A stretch of DNA of 64,000 bases from an uncultured Prevotella sp. (lineage in GTDB: Bacteria > Bacteroidota > Bacteroidia > Bacteroidales > Bacteroidaceae). The translations under genes and the position numbers were made by a program. Position 1 is the stretch's first letter. Each line of letters opens with the position of its first letter. The stretch spans positions 3,073 through 67,072 of the forward strand of contig CAUPIT010000010.1 in the NCBI GenBank assembly GCA_963511375.1, in the 5' to 3' direction. Shown here in pieces: positions 1-8,407 of the stretch. The notes under the pieces are model-generated. The model was not told where the DNA came from and did no database searches. It worked only from the letters and a program-made list of their open reading frames with translations.

Positions 1-633
1 GGGATCGGTAGGGAAGTCTTTTCCTGTCTGTTTCTTGATGGCTTCCTTAAAACGTACAACCAATGTCTTGAGGTCATCAACGGTCATTTCATTGTCAAGC
101 TTCACTCCACGTTTGGCCTTGACATCCATGATGATTGCTTCAAATGGATCGATATCTTCTTTGTTTGCTGGTTTCATTCCGAGAACAACGTCGCCGTACA
201 TTTGTACAAAACGGCGGTAGCTGTCATAAGCAAAACGTTCGTTTCCGGTTTTCTTCACCAAACCTTCCACAACAGTGTCATTCAATCCCAGATTCAAGAT
301 GGTATCCATCATGCCTGGCATGGAGGCGCGTGCGCCAGAGCGAACTGATAGCAACAACGGATTGGAAGAATCGCCGAACTTAGAGTTCATCAATGTTTCA
401 ATGTGCTTTACAGCTTGTTCAACCTCACCCTTTAAAAGTTCGACCACCTCATCTCTTCCTTTATCAAAATATTCATTACAAACATCTGTTGTAATGGTAA
501 AACCAGGAGGAACTGGAACGCCGATCAAATTCATTTCCGCAAGGTTAGCACCCTTGCCACCAAGCAGATTTCTCATATCTGCTTTACCTTCGGCTTTTCC
601 ATTGCCGAAAGTATAAACTCTTTTTACATCCAT
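1..633 (-). CDS. ppdK: Pyruvate, phosphate dikinase, N-terminal part. The CDS runs off the left edge and is not in the ORF track because it is open-ended.
   Basis: My reverse-strand translation from the ATG at 633-631 gives MDVKRVYTFGNGKAEGKADMRNLLGGKGANLAEMNLIGVPVPPGFTITTDVC...RSGARASMPGMMDTILNLGLND, the characteristic PPDK N-terminus. Confidence 0.9.
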   Translation of the reverse strand, partial: MDVKRVYTFGNGKAEGKADMRNLLGGKGANLAEMNLIGVPVPPGFTITTDVCNEYFDKGRDEVVELLKGEVEQAVKHIETLMNSKFGDSSNPLLLSVRSGARASMPGMMDTILNLGLNDTVVEGLVKKTGNERFAYDSYRRFVQMYGDVVLGMKPANKEDIDPFEAIIMDVKAKRGVKLDNEMTVDDLKTLVVRFKEAIKKQTGKDFPTDP

Positions 634-674
634 ACCGAAAAGTATTCTCTTAATTTATTTATTTTATGCTTTTG

Positions 675-682
675 CAAAAATA
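675..682 (-). promoter_or_regulatory. Bacteroidetes-type -7 box (TATTTTTG) for ppdK
   Basis: The reverse complement of caaaaata matches TAnnTTTG, about 40 nt upstream of the ppdK ATG. Confidence 0.4.
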
Positions 683-722
683 ACAATATTTTATAATCTT
701 ACAAAATATTTATACAGAAAAG

Positions 723-740
723 TGCAATGTATACATTGCA
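723..740. repeat. Perfect 18-bp palindrome TGCAATGTATACATTGCA. It could be a terminator for the upstream minus-strand operon or an operator for ppdK.
   Basis: Read directly. On the minus strand it is followed by CTTTTCT. It lies between the PTP gene end (898) and the ppdK start (633). Confidence 0.35.
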
Positions 741-897
741 TTTATTAGGATTAAAAATATAGGAACTCGTGTACTCATGCCGCCTCATATAATATTGGTG
801 CCATTGATGAAATGCCAGATGATTATAAATATGCGATTCCTCGAATCTGTTCTTCAGTCAATTAAACCGTGTTCGCGTGGAATTACAGATGGGCAGC

Positions 898-1380
898 TTA
901 TTTTCCTTGTAATTGAATAAATAACTCTTTGCAGGCGATTTCTATCAAGTCAAGCGCATATTTTAAATCTTGATCTCCACCATAATATGGATCTGGTACC
1001 ACATCAACGTTTGGCTTGTCTTTTAGATAATTTGCCAGCATCTCTACCTTCTGAGCATCTTCTTCGGTAGCGGCCATAGCGGTAATCATGCGTTTGTTTT
1101 CGTGATCCATCACATAGATATGATCAAAATTCGCAAAATCATCCGCATTGAACTGGCGAGCACGGCTATCAAACCGATATCCTCTTTGTGCACCATGTTT
1201 TCTCATTCTATGGTCGGGTAATTGCCCGATGTGCCAATCACCAATGCCTGCTGAGTCGATGACGAATTCATCTTCCATGCCAGCAGCCTTGACAATGGAT
1301 TTCATCACGCCCTCTGCCGCCGGACTTCTGCAAATGTTTCCTAAACACACGAATAACAATCTCTTTTTCATCTTATTCAT
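898..1380 (-). CDS. Low-molecular-weight protein-tyrosine phosphatase
   Basis: The P-loop motif LFVCLGNICRSPAAEG (C-x5-R-S) is present, along with the DPYYG motif near the C-terminus. Length is 160 aa. Confidence 0.9.
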   Translation of the reverse strand: MNKMKKRLLFVCLGNICRSPAAEGVMKSIVKAAGMEDEFVIDSAGIGDWHIGQLPDHRMRKHGAQRGYRFDSRARQFNADDFANFDHIYVMDHENKRMITAMAATEEDAQKVEMLANYLKDKPNVDVVPDPYYGGDQDLKYALDLIEIACKELFIQLQGK

Positions 1381-2755
1381 CTTCGTTTACTTCTGTGATG
1401 TCCAATACATCAGGTTGGGTCATGGGAATCGGTTGATTTGCACTTTCTTTTACGCCTAATTCTTTCAGTTCGTTGGCCTTCTGCACAATACTCTGTCTTC
1501 CTGTATATGCCTTGTTGTAAGCCTCCCCATAGTCTTTATGAAGCATGTCAATGTCTTTGCCAATCTTGTCGAATCGTTTTATGAATTCACCTACGCGTTT
1601 CAATAATTCTTCAGCCAAGGCGAAAACCTTCTTTTGGTTTTCTGTTTGTGCATATTGTCTCCAAGCTATCTGAATCATTCGCAATATAGCCATTAAGTTT
1701 TGTTGACTGGTGATGAACACTTGTTTGTCGAAAGCCTCACTCCATATCTTGGAATCTGTGTCTAAAGCCAGCTGCAAAGCACCTTCGTTTGGAACGAACA
1801 TGATGACGAAATCAATGGCTTTTCGTGGCGAATGTACATATTTACTATAGTCTTTCTTGGCGAGATTGGTGGCTTGTGTTCGGATACTGCTCACCAAGTC
1901 GGCTGCAAATTTTTTCTTGAGAGCTTCTTCTTCGGTGTTTACATATTGATAATAGGCATCAATAGACATCTTGGCATCAATGATGACGTCTTCATTATTT
2001 GGGTAGTGTAGAATGACATCAGGGATCATCCGCCTTCCTGTGTCATCATTTTTAATAGCATTTCCCTTTTCATCTGTTAATGTGTGCTGGATGTCATAAT
2101 CGATACCAACCTTGTAACCTTGACTTTCCAGAATGTCTGTCAATATGCGTTCACCCCAATTGCCTTGTGCCTTATTTCCTCCTCTAATTACATTGGTCAG
2201 TCGGGTTGCGGTAGTTTCAATCTTCTGTGTCTGCAAACTCATCTCTCTGAGTTGTTGTGATAGCGAGGCAGTATTCTTGGATGTTTCAGTATTTGTGTGC
2301 TGAATGGCTTGTTGCAATTGCTCGATGTTCATCTTAAGCGGTTTTGTCAGATGCTCCATCGATTCGTTGTTGGTTGTCTTCAGTCGTTCCGACGTCTGTT
2401 CTAAGATGCGTGTTGCTAAATTTGAGAATTGCTCTTGAACGGTCTTCAGTTGTTGTTCAAATTGCTCGCGGCGCATTTCTGTTTCTTTCGAATGCGATGC
2501 TTGTTCGGATTCCAACTGCGTGGTTACTCGCTCCAGTTCAAGTTTGATTGCTATCAACTGTTGCTGTTGTTCTGCTTGCTCACGCTGAAGTCGGTCACGT
2601 TCTGCTTGCAATTGTGTGCCAAGTTCTTGTTCGTGCGCCAATTGTTGATTAGACAAGACGTTTTTGGTTTCCAGCTTTTTCAGCTTTCCGTTTAACATGA
2701 AAAAGACAAAGATTGCTCCAACGACGAGGCCTATGGCTAAGTATATGAATTCCAT
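1373..2755 (-). CDS. rmuC: DNA recombination protein RmuC
   Basis: The protein has an N-terminal TM helix, a long Q/E-rich coiled coil and a C-terminal RmuC-type nuclease-like region (DVILHYPNNEDVIIDAKMS...FVIMFVPNEGA). It overlaps the PTP gene by 8 nt. Confidence 0.85.
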   Translation of the reverse strand: MEFIYLAIGLVVGAIFVFFMLNGKLKKLETKNVLSNQQLAHEQELGTQLQAERDRLQREQAEQQQQLIAIKLELERVTTQLESEQASHSKETEMRREQFEQQLKTVQEQFSNLATRILEQTSERLKTTNNESMEHLTKPLKMNIEQLQQAIQHTNTETSKNTASLSQQLREMSLQTQKIETTATRLTNVIRGGNKAQGNWGERILTDILESQGYKVGIDYDIQHTLTDEKGNAIKNDDTGRRMIPDVILHYPNNEDVIIDAKMSIDAYYQYVNTEEEALKKKFAADLVSSIRTQATNLAKKDYSKYVHSPRKAIDFVIMFVPNEGALQLALDTDSKIWSEAFDKQVFITSQQNLMAILRMIQIAWRQYAQTENQKKVFALAEELLKRVGEFIKRFDKIGKDIDMLHKDYGEAYNKAYTGRQSIVQKANELKELGVKESANQPIPMTQPDVLDITEVNEDE

Positions 2756-2759
2756 ATTG

Positions 2760-2767
2760 CAAAGATA
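2760..2767 (-). promoter_or_regulatory. -7 box TATCTTTG immediately upstream of the rmuC ATG
   Basis: The reverse complement of caaagata is TATCTTTG. Only 4 nt separate the box from the ATG at 2755. Confidence 0.35.
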
Positions 2768-2804
2768 ATTGATTTGACATGCATCTCAAAGCGTTGACGA
2801 CATT

Positions 2805-4103
2805 TTATTTTTGCACCCAATTGAGATGCATTCTTCGATGCAACAACCATTGTATGCCACCTCTCAAGCCTAAATACACGATGAAAGCCAGCCATAGAGC
2901 GTGATTTCCCAAGTAGCTTTGCAGGGCAAGGTACAACACGAAGAAGGCAAGAGCTGATACCACTGAAGATACCAGCATGCCCCTCGTGGCCGTAAGTCCA
3001 ATAAATATACCGTCATAGACAAAGGCTGATACGCTGACAATGGGAATCATCACAGCCCACCAGAAATATGCTTCGGCAGATTGTACGACAACAGCTTCGT
3101 TGGTCAACAGCATCAGAAAGCCATTGCCTCCAACCGCATAGACCAGCATGAACACCACAGCCATGATGGCTCCCCATGCGAACAAGCTACGATAGACCCT
3201 GTCAAAGGCCAGCTTATTCGCTGCACTATAATACTTCCCACTAAGGGCTTCTCCGGCGTAAGCAAATCCATCCATGACGTAAGAGAATATGGTGAACAAA
3301 GTCATCAAGAGCGTATTGACAGACAGGATAATGGCTCCTTGCCTCGATCCGGCTGAAATAAAAAAGAAATTAACACCAACCAGGAAAAGCGTTCGTATGA
3401 AAATATCCCGGTTGACGGCAAAGAATCGAACCATCGTGCTTCGCTTGAACAAGCCGGCTTTCCAATTATATTGAGCCAACCTGCCATAATACCGCTTCCA
3501 ACAGTACAAGGCAAGTAGGAAACCAGTCCACTGTGCCGTCAACGTTCCCAACGCTACACCTTGAATTTTCATGCCAAATCCAAATACAAAACTAACGCTT
3601 GCAACGATATTCACGATGTTTTGAAAGATGGAGACCAACATGGGAATTCGCGTATTTTGCATGCCTATAAACCATCCTGTCAGTCCGTACAGCCCCAACA
3701 TGGCAGGTGCGCCCCAAATGCAAATGGAAAAATAAATCGCTGCCTGTTCCGCTATATGTTCTGTGGGCTGCATGATGGTCAGCGCCATCCAACGAATTGG
3801 AAGCTGGAAGACAATGAAAATCATAGCAATCGCCGTACTGATAGTCAGCGAACGAATCAACAATCTCATGGCTTCCGTCAAATCACGTCTTCCTAATGCC
3901 TGCGATGTCATGCCGCTGGTACCCATCCGCAAGAAACCAAAGAGCCAATACAGCACATTGAAAATCATGGTGCCAATGGCGATGGCTCCAATATAAATCA
4001 CATCACCCATGTGTCCCACAATGGTCAGGTCGATGATACCTAATAGGGGAACGGTGATGTTTGAGATGATGGATGGCAACGCCAACTTAAATACTTGCTT
4101 CAT
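2805..4103 (-). CDS. MATE family efflux transporter
   Basis: A 432-aa polytopic membrane protein with MATE-like N-terminal sequence (ALPSIISNITVPLLGIIDLTIVGH) and about 12 hydrophobic segments. Confidence 0.85.
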   Translation of the reverse strand: MKQVFKLALPSIISNITVPLLGIIDLTIVGHMGDVIYIGAIAIGTMIFNVLYWLFGFLRMGTSGMTSQALGRRDLTEAMRLLIRSLTISTAIAMIFIVFQLPIRWMALTIMQPTEHIAEQAAIYFSICIWGAPAMLGLYGLTGWFIGMQNTRIPMLVSIFQNIVNIVASVSFVFGFGMKIQGVALGTLTAQWTGFLLALYCWKRYYGRLAQYNWKAGLFKRSTMVRFFAVNRDIFIRTLFLVGVNFFFISAGSRQGAIILSVNTLLMTLFTIFSYVMDGFAYAGEALSGKYYSAANKLAFDRVYRSLFAWGAIMAVVFMLVYAVGGNGFLMLLTNEAVVVQSAEAYFWWAVMIPIVSVSAFVYDGIFIGLTATRGMLVSSVVSALAFFVLYLALQSYLGNHALWLAFIVYLGLRGGIQWLLHRRMHLNWVQK

Positions 4104-4195
4104 AATTGCTGCCTAAGACAATGCGAATATATTGATTTTTATCATTATACTTAGCTGGTATCTGGATGAAAAGAGAGGGCAAAAAGCTTCTTTAT

Positions 4196-6403
4196 TTACA
4201 GTCTGGTGACTTGTTTTACTCCTTTCACCGTTTGTAATTTCTTGATCAAAGCATCCAGCTTCGTCACATCATCCAATTGAACAGAAAGATTACCACTGAA
4301 CAATCCGTCGTTTGAATCGATATTGATGGAACGCATCACTATCCTCTCTTCTTTAGATAGAATGCTGGTAATGTTGTTCACTATTCCGATATCATCATTC
4401 CCTATGATGCGCAGTACGATGGTATATAATGCCCCGTTTTGTCCGCTCCATCTGGCTTTCACCATTCGATACCCGAATCTTTTCCTCATTTCAGGTGCGT
4501 TGGGACAGTCTTTCCTATGTATTTTGATGCCGCCACTTACCGTCACAAACCCAAAGACGTCGTCACCGTAGATAGGATGACAGCATTGAGCCAACGTGTA
4601 ATCGATGCCCTTCAGGTTCTTGTCGATGACCAACACGTCAGATTGGCTGGTCATTTGTCCGTCAGGATGCTCCAAACTGAACTCATCAGCACGTTGAACT
4701 GCCTTCAGAGTGTTGACGTTTAATTCTTTGTCGCGCAGTTCTACATATCTGTCAATGATGTCATTAGGATCAAGTTTCTCATCAGCTATTTGCTTGTAAA
4801 AGTCCGATATCTCCTTGTATCCCATCTTCTTCACCAGGTGGTTCATGATGGTTTCGTCCAGTTCCACCTTCTTGTTCTTGAACCGACGCTCCAGTAATTC
4901 CTTGGCATAAAGCCCATCTTTCACCTGAGTTTCTTTCAACGCCAGGCGTATTTTGGCTTTTGCCTTGCTGGTCTTGACGATTTTCAGCCAACTCTGGTTT
5001 GGTTTTTGGTTGCTTTGCGTCAATATCTCAACCGTGTCACCCGATTTCAATTGTTCTCTGATAGGAACGTTCTTATTGTTGATGCGCGCGCCTACACATT
5101 TGCTACCTACGGCAGAGTGGATGTAATAGGCAAAGTCCAAGACCGTAGCCCCACTGGGGAACTTCTTGATTTCACCTTTTGGTGTGAACACATATACCTC
5201 GTCTTCGTATAGATCCAGTTTAAACTGATCCATTACTTGCAAGTCGTCACCTGCTTCCAAGGCTGTTCTTATGCTGGTCAGCCATTCGTCGATGTTGCCC
5301 TGACTCTTGATGCCTTTATATCGCCAATGCGCAGCCAAACCCCGCTCTGCAATCTCGTCCATTCGTTCAGTACGTATCTGTACCTCAACCCATTTGTTCT
5401 CTGGTCCTAAAACGGTGATGTGCAAACTCTCATATCCATTGGATTTTGGAACCGAAAGCCAGTCGCGCAATCGCTTTGGGTTGGGCTGATACATGTCCGT
5501 GATGATGGAGTAGACCTGCCAACATTGCATCTTTTCTTTCTCCAAAGGCGCATCCAAGATAATACGTATGGCAAAAAGATCATAGATACCTTCGAAGTTA
5601 CATTTCTGCTTCTTCATCTTTTGCCAGATAGAATGGATGCTCTTGGTGCGTCCCTTCATCTGAAATTTCAAGCCCGCATCTTCCAACTTCTGCTGAATAG
5701 GATTGATGAAGCTCGCAATATAACTGTCACGAGCCTTCTTCGTCGCATTGAGCTTATCCTTGATCATGTAATAAGCATCATGCTCAAGATACTTCAAACT
5801 TAGGTCTTCCAGTTCGCTCTTCAGTTGATAAAGCCCCAATTTATGGGCTAAGGGAGCATACAAATAGCTTGCCTCCTCACTCACCTGCCGCTTTGCCTCC
5901 ACGTTTTCAGCATCTCTGATATGGCGCATCAAGTTCACGCGGTCAGCAATCATAATCAAGATAACACGCATGTCCTCAGCAAAGGTGAGCAGCAGATTCC
6001 TGAAATTCTCACTTTCAACCACAGGATTCTTGCTATACAGTGCATTAATTCTTACCAGACCATGAATGATATGTGCTACCACCTCACCATATTTGGCGCT
6101 AACGTCATCGATGTCCAAGTAACCGTTGACCACACTTTGGTACAGCAAGATAGCAACCACGCCATCCCTTTTCAGGCCAATTTCGTTGACGGCAATTTCT
6201 GCTGTCTGCATCGAGTTTAACACTGGGTTCAACCCAAAGGCATCCCTTGTGATGAGGCCATTCTCCAGAGATGTCTTCAAATGCGATTTGATGTTTGCTT
6301 CATCGTTTTCCTGAAAAGAATCGCCAATTGCTTCTTTGATGCGTTTGAATATGGCTATATATTCAGATTTTTCCGACGCAAGGAATTCAAACTTTGTATC
6401 CAT
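4196..6403 (-). CDS. relA: RelA/SpoT-homologue (p)ppGpp synthetase with an apparently degenerate HD hydrolase domain, plus TGS and ACT domains
   Basis: Synthetase motifs are present (GRTKSIHSIWQKM, YESLHITV, VEVQIRTERMDEIAERGLAAHWRYK). A TGS-like region (VYVFTPKGEIKKFPSGATVLDFAY) and a C-terminal ACT-like region are also visible. The position of the usual LLHDVVED motif reads ILLYQSVVNG. Confidence 0.9.
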   Translation of the reverse strand: MDTKFEFLASEKSEYIAIFKRIKEAIGDSFQENDEANIKSHLKTSLENGLITRDAFGLNPVLNSMQTAEIAVNEIGLKRDGVVAILLYQSVVNGYLDIDDVSAKYGEVVAHIIHGLVRINALYSKNPVVESENFRNLLLTFAEDMRVILIMIADRVNLMRHIRDAENVEAKRQVSEEASYLYAPLAHKLGLYQLKSELEDLSLKYLEHDAYYMIKDKLNATKKARDSYIASFINPIQQKLEDAGLKFQMKGRTKSIHSIWQKMKKQKCNFEGIYDLFAIRIILDAPLEKEKMQCWQVYSIITDMYQPNPKRLRDWLSVPKSNGYESLHITVLGPENKWVEVQIRTERMDEIAERGLAAHWRYKGIKSQGNIDEWLTSIRTALEAGDDLQVMDQFKLDLYEDEVYVFTPKGEIKKFPSGATVLDFAYYIHSAVGSKCVGARINNKNVPIREQLKSGDTVEILTQSNQKPNQSWLKIVKTSKAKAKIRLALKETQVKDGLYAKELLERRFKNKKVELDETIMNHLVKKMGYKEISDFYKQIADEKLDPNDIIDRYVELRDKELNVNTLKAVQRADEFSLEHPDGQMTSQSDVLVIDKNLKGIDYTLAQCCHPIYGDDVFGFVTVSGGIKIHRKDCPNAPEMRKRFGYRMVKARWSGQNGALYTIVLRIIGNDDIGIVNNITSILSKEERIVMRSINIDSNDGLFSGNLSVQLDDVTKLDALIKKLQTVKGVKQVTRL

Positions 6404-6426
6404 CTATTTGCCTTAAAGTATACATG

Positions 6427-6434
6427 CAAAGATA
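6427..6434 (-). promoter_or_regulatory. -7 box TATCTTTG for relA
   Basis: The reverse complement of caaagata lies about 24 nt upstream of the ATG. Confidence 0.4.
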
Positions 6435-6476
6435 ATGTTTTTATTGTAAACTAATGTGTATTTCATGAAAAGTAAC

Positions 6477-6484
6477 TATCTTTG
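6477..6484 (+). promoter_or_regulatory. -7 box TATCTTTG for the DUF4301-like gene
   Basis: It matches TAnnTTTG and lies about 55 nt upstream of the ATG at 6541. Confidence 0.4.
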
Positions 6485-6540
6485 TATCAAATACGCAAAC
6501 TTATACTTATATCCTTTCGCTAATTTATAAAGAACTCAAT

Positions 6541-8058
6541 ATGACACAACAAGATCTTCAACAAATTTCTCAAAAAGGTATTACCGAAGAACAAATCAAT
6601 CAACAGTTGGAAGACATTAAAAACGGCTTCCCATTTCTTCCAATCAAGGCGCCAGCCAGTGTTGAGTATGGTATTGTTTTGCTGGACGAAGTAATGAAAA
6701 AGCATTACGTAGAGTTGTGGAATCAGTACAAACAGGGCGACCATCGCATCGTAAAGTTTGTACCTGCTTCGGGTGCAGCCAGCCGTATGTTCAAAAATCT
6801 CTATGCGTTCTTGCATGCCGACTATACGGCTCCAACGACAGATTTCGAAAAAGAGTTCTTCACAAACCTCAAGAAATTTGCTTTTTACGAAGAACTCACA
6901 GAGGTATGCGAACAAAACGAAGGGGTAAAAGCGGCTAAGCTTATCGCCCAAGGAAAGTATAAAACAGTGGTAGAGAACCTTTTGGAGCCAAAAGGACTCA
7001 ACTATGGCAACCTGCCCAAGGGGCTGTTGTTGTTTCATGAATATGATGATGCGCCACGCACACCCATGGAAGAACATTTGGTAGAAGCTGCTTTATATGC
7101 CAGCTGTCATGGCGACTCTTACATTCATTTCACGGTATCACACCAGCATTTGGAGCTGTTCAAGCAGCGGGTTGAAAAGGTTGTTGATAGATTCACAAAG
7201 CGATATAAGGTACAATTCCATGTGTCGTTCTCCGAACAAAAGCCCAGCACCGACACCATCGCAGCGAACATGGATAATACGCCATTCAGAAATGAAGACG
7301 GAACTCTGCTTTTTAGGCCGGGAGGTCATGGTGCCTTAATCGAAAACCTCAATGACATTGATGCTGATGTTGTTTTCATTAAAAACATCGACAACGTGGT
7401 TCCTGACCGCTTGAAGACCGATACCGTTACCTACAAGCAAGTGATTGGTGGCGTGTTGATTGAGCTACAGGAAAAATGTTTCAAATACTTGCGCCTGTTG
7501 GAAAGTGGTAAATTCTCACATGAGGAGTTGGAGGAAATCATACGATTTGTACAACGTGACCTGATGTGCCGCAATGAGAAATTGAAACACATGGAGGATG
7601 AGGTGCTCTTCCCGTATCTTCGTGGAAAGCTTAACCGCCCCTTGCGTGTGTGTGGGATGGTCAGAAATATTGGTGAACCCGGTGGAGGTCCTTTCATTAT
7701 TTATAGCAAAGACGGCGCTACCAGTCCGCAAATCCTTGAGTCCAGTCAGATAGACAAGAACAATGAGGAATATGTTAAAATGTTCAATGAGGGAACCCAT
7801 TTCAATCCGGTAGACCTGGTTTGTGCTTTGAAAGATTATCAGGGAAAGCCATTCAACTTGCCCGATTTCGTAGACAAGGAAACTGGTTTCATCTCTACTA
7901 AAAGTAAAGATGGTAAAGAGTTGAAAGCATTAGAGTTACCTGGATTGTGGAATGGAGCCATGAGCAATTGGAATACGGTATTCGTAGAGGTTCCATTGTC
8001 CACATTCAACCCCGTCAAAACCGTGAATGATTTGTTGAGAGAGCAACATCAACCCTAA
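6541..8058 (+). CDS. Conserved Bacteroidetes protein of unknown function (DUF4301-like) with nucleotidyl-transferase (UDP-sugar pyrophosphorylase)-like motifs
   Basis: The 505-aa ORF contains VKFVPASGAASRMF and RPGGHGALIENLN, which resemble UDPGP-family glycine-rich and GHG motifs. The family name is from memory. Confidence 0.55.
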   Translation: MTQQDLQQISQKGITEEQINQQLEDIKNGFPFLPIKAPASVEYGIVLLDEVMKKHYVELWNQYKQGDHRIVKFVPASGAASRMFKNLYAFLHADYTAPTTDFEKEFFTNLKKFAFYEELTEVCEQNEGVKAAKLIAQGKYKTVVENLLEPKGLNYGNLPKGLLLFHEYDDAPRTPMEEHLVEAALYASCHGDSYIHFTVSHQHLELFKQRVEKVVDRFTKRYKVQFHVSFSEQKPSTDTIAANMDNTPFRNEDGTLLFRPGGHGALIENLNDIDADVVFIKNIDNVVPDRLKTDTVTYKQVIGGVLIELQEKCFKYLRLLESGKFSHEELEEIIRFVQRDLMCRNEKLKHMEDEVLFPYLRGKLNRPLRVCGMVRNIGEPGGGPFIIYSKDGATSPQILESSQIDKNNEEYVKMFNEGTHFNPVDLVCALKDYQGKPFNLPDFVDKETGFISTKSKDGKELKALELPGLWNGAMSNWNTVFVEVPLSTFNPVKTVNDLLREQHQP

Positions 8059-8104
8059 TCTTTCACGCTGCCGGCTGATTTTAAAATAATGATTGCACCC
8101 ATGG

Positions 8105-8153
8105 AAAGGTGTACGCTAAACCTTGAGTATGTCAAGACTTAGCGCACACCTTT
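8105..8153 (+). terminator. Stem-loop terminator candidate after the DUF4301-like gene
   Basis: AAAGGTGTACGCTAA (8105-8119) pairs with TTAGCGCACACCTTT (8139-8153), giving a 15-bp stem with 1 mismatch and a 19-nt loop. TTGCTTTG follows. Confidence 0.5.
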
Positions 8154-8368
8154 TGCTTTGAATGCGTCGAACAAATGTTGCTTCATATAGCTGTTTCTTT
8201 CGTCCGTAGGTGTTAAATTTTTCTTGCTGCTACATTTTGATGAAGGAGATTGGTGACAGAATGGCTCATTATATTTAGGTATGAAACAACCCTGAAATAG
8301 GTACTTATTTCTTGCATTCATCAACCAAATACCTAAATATTATGATTGTGTCATTCGTAAATAATTTA

Positions 8369-8376
8369 TATTTTTG
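8369..8376 (+). promoter_or_regulatory. -7 box TATTTTTG for the LuxR-type regulator
   Basis: It matches TAnnTTTG. Its position argues for the ATG at 8408 rather than the ORF-track start at 8312. Confidence 0.4.
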
Positions 8377-8407
8377 CAAACTGATACATAATCATGAGGG
8401 TAATACA

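Noticed and set aside
6520-7077. A 185-aa ORF on the minus strand overlapping the start of the DUF4301-like gene
   Set aside because: The plus-strand ORF is three times longer, is preceded by a promoter box and has nucleotide-binding-like motifs. The minus ORF would also run through that promoter.
8139-8324. A 61-aa minus-strand ORF between the DUF4301-like gene and the LuxR-type gene
   Set aside because: It begins inside the terminator hairpin region and has a low-complexity S/K-rich sequence. No promoter box was found.
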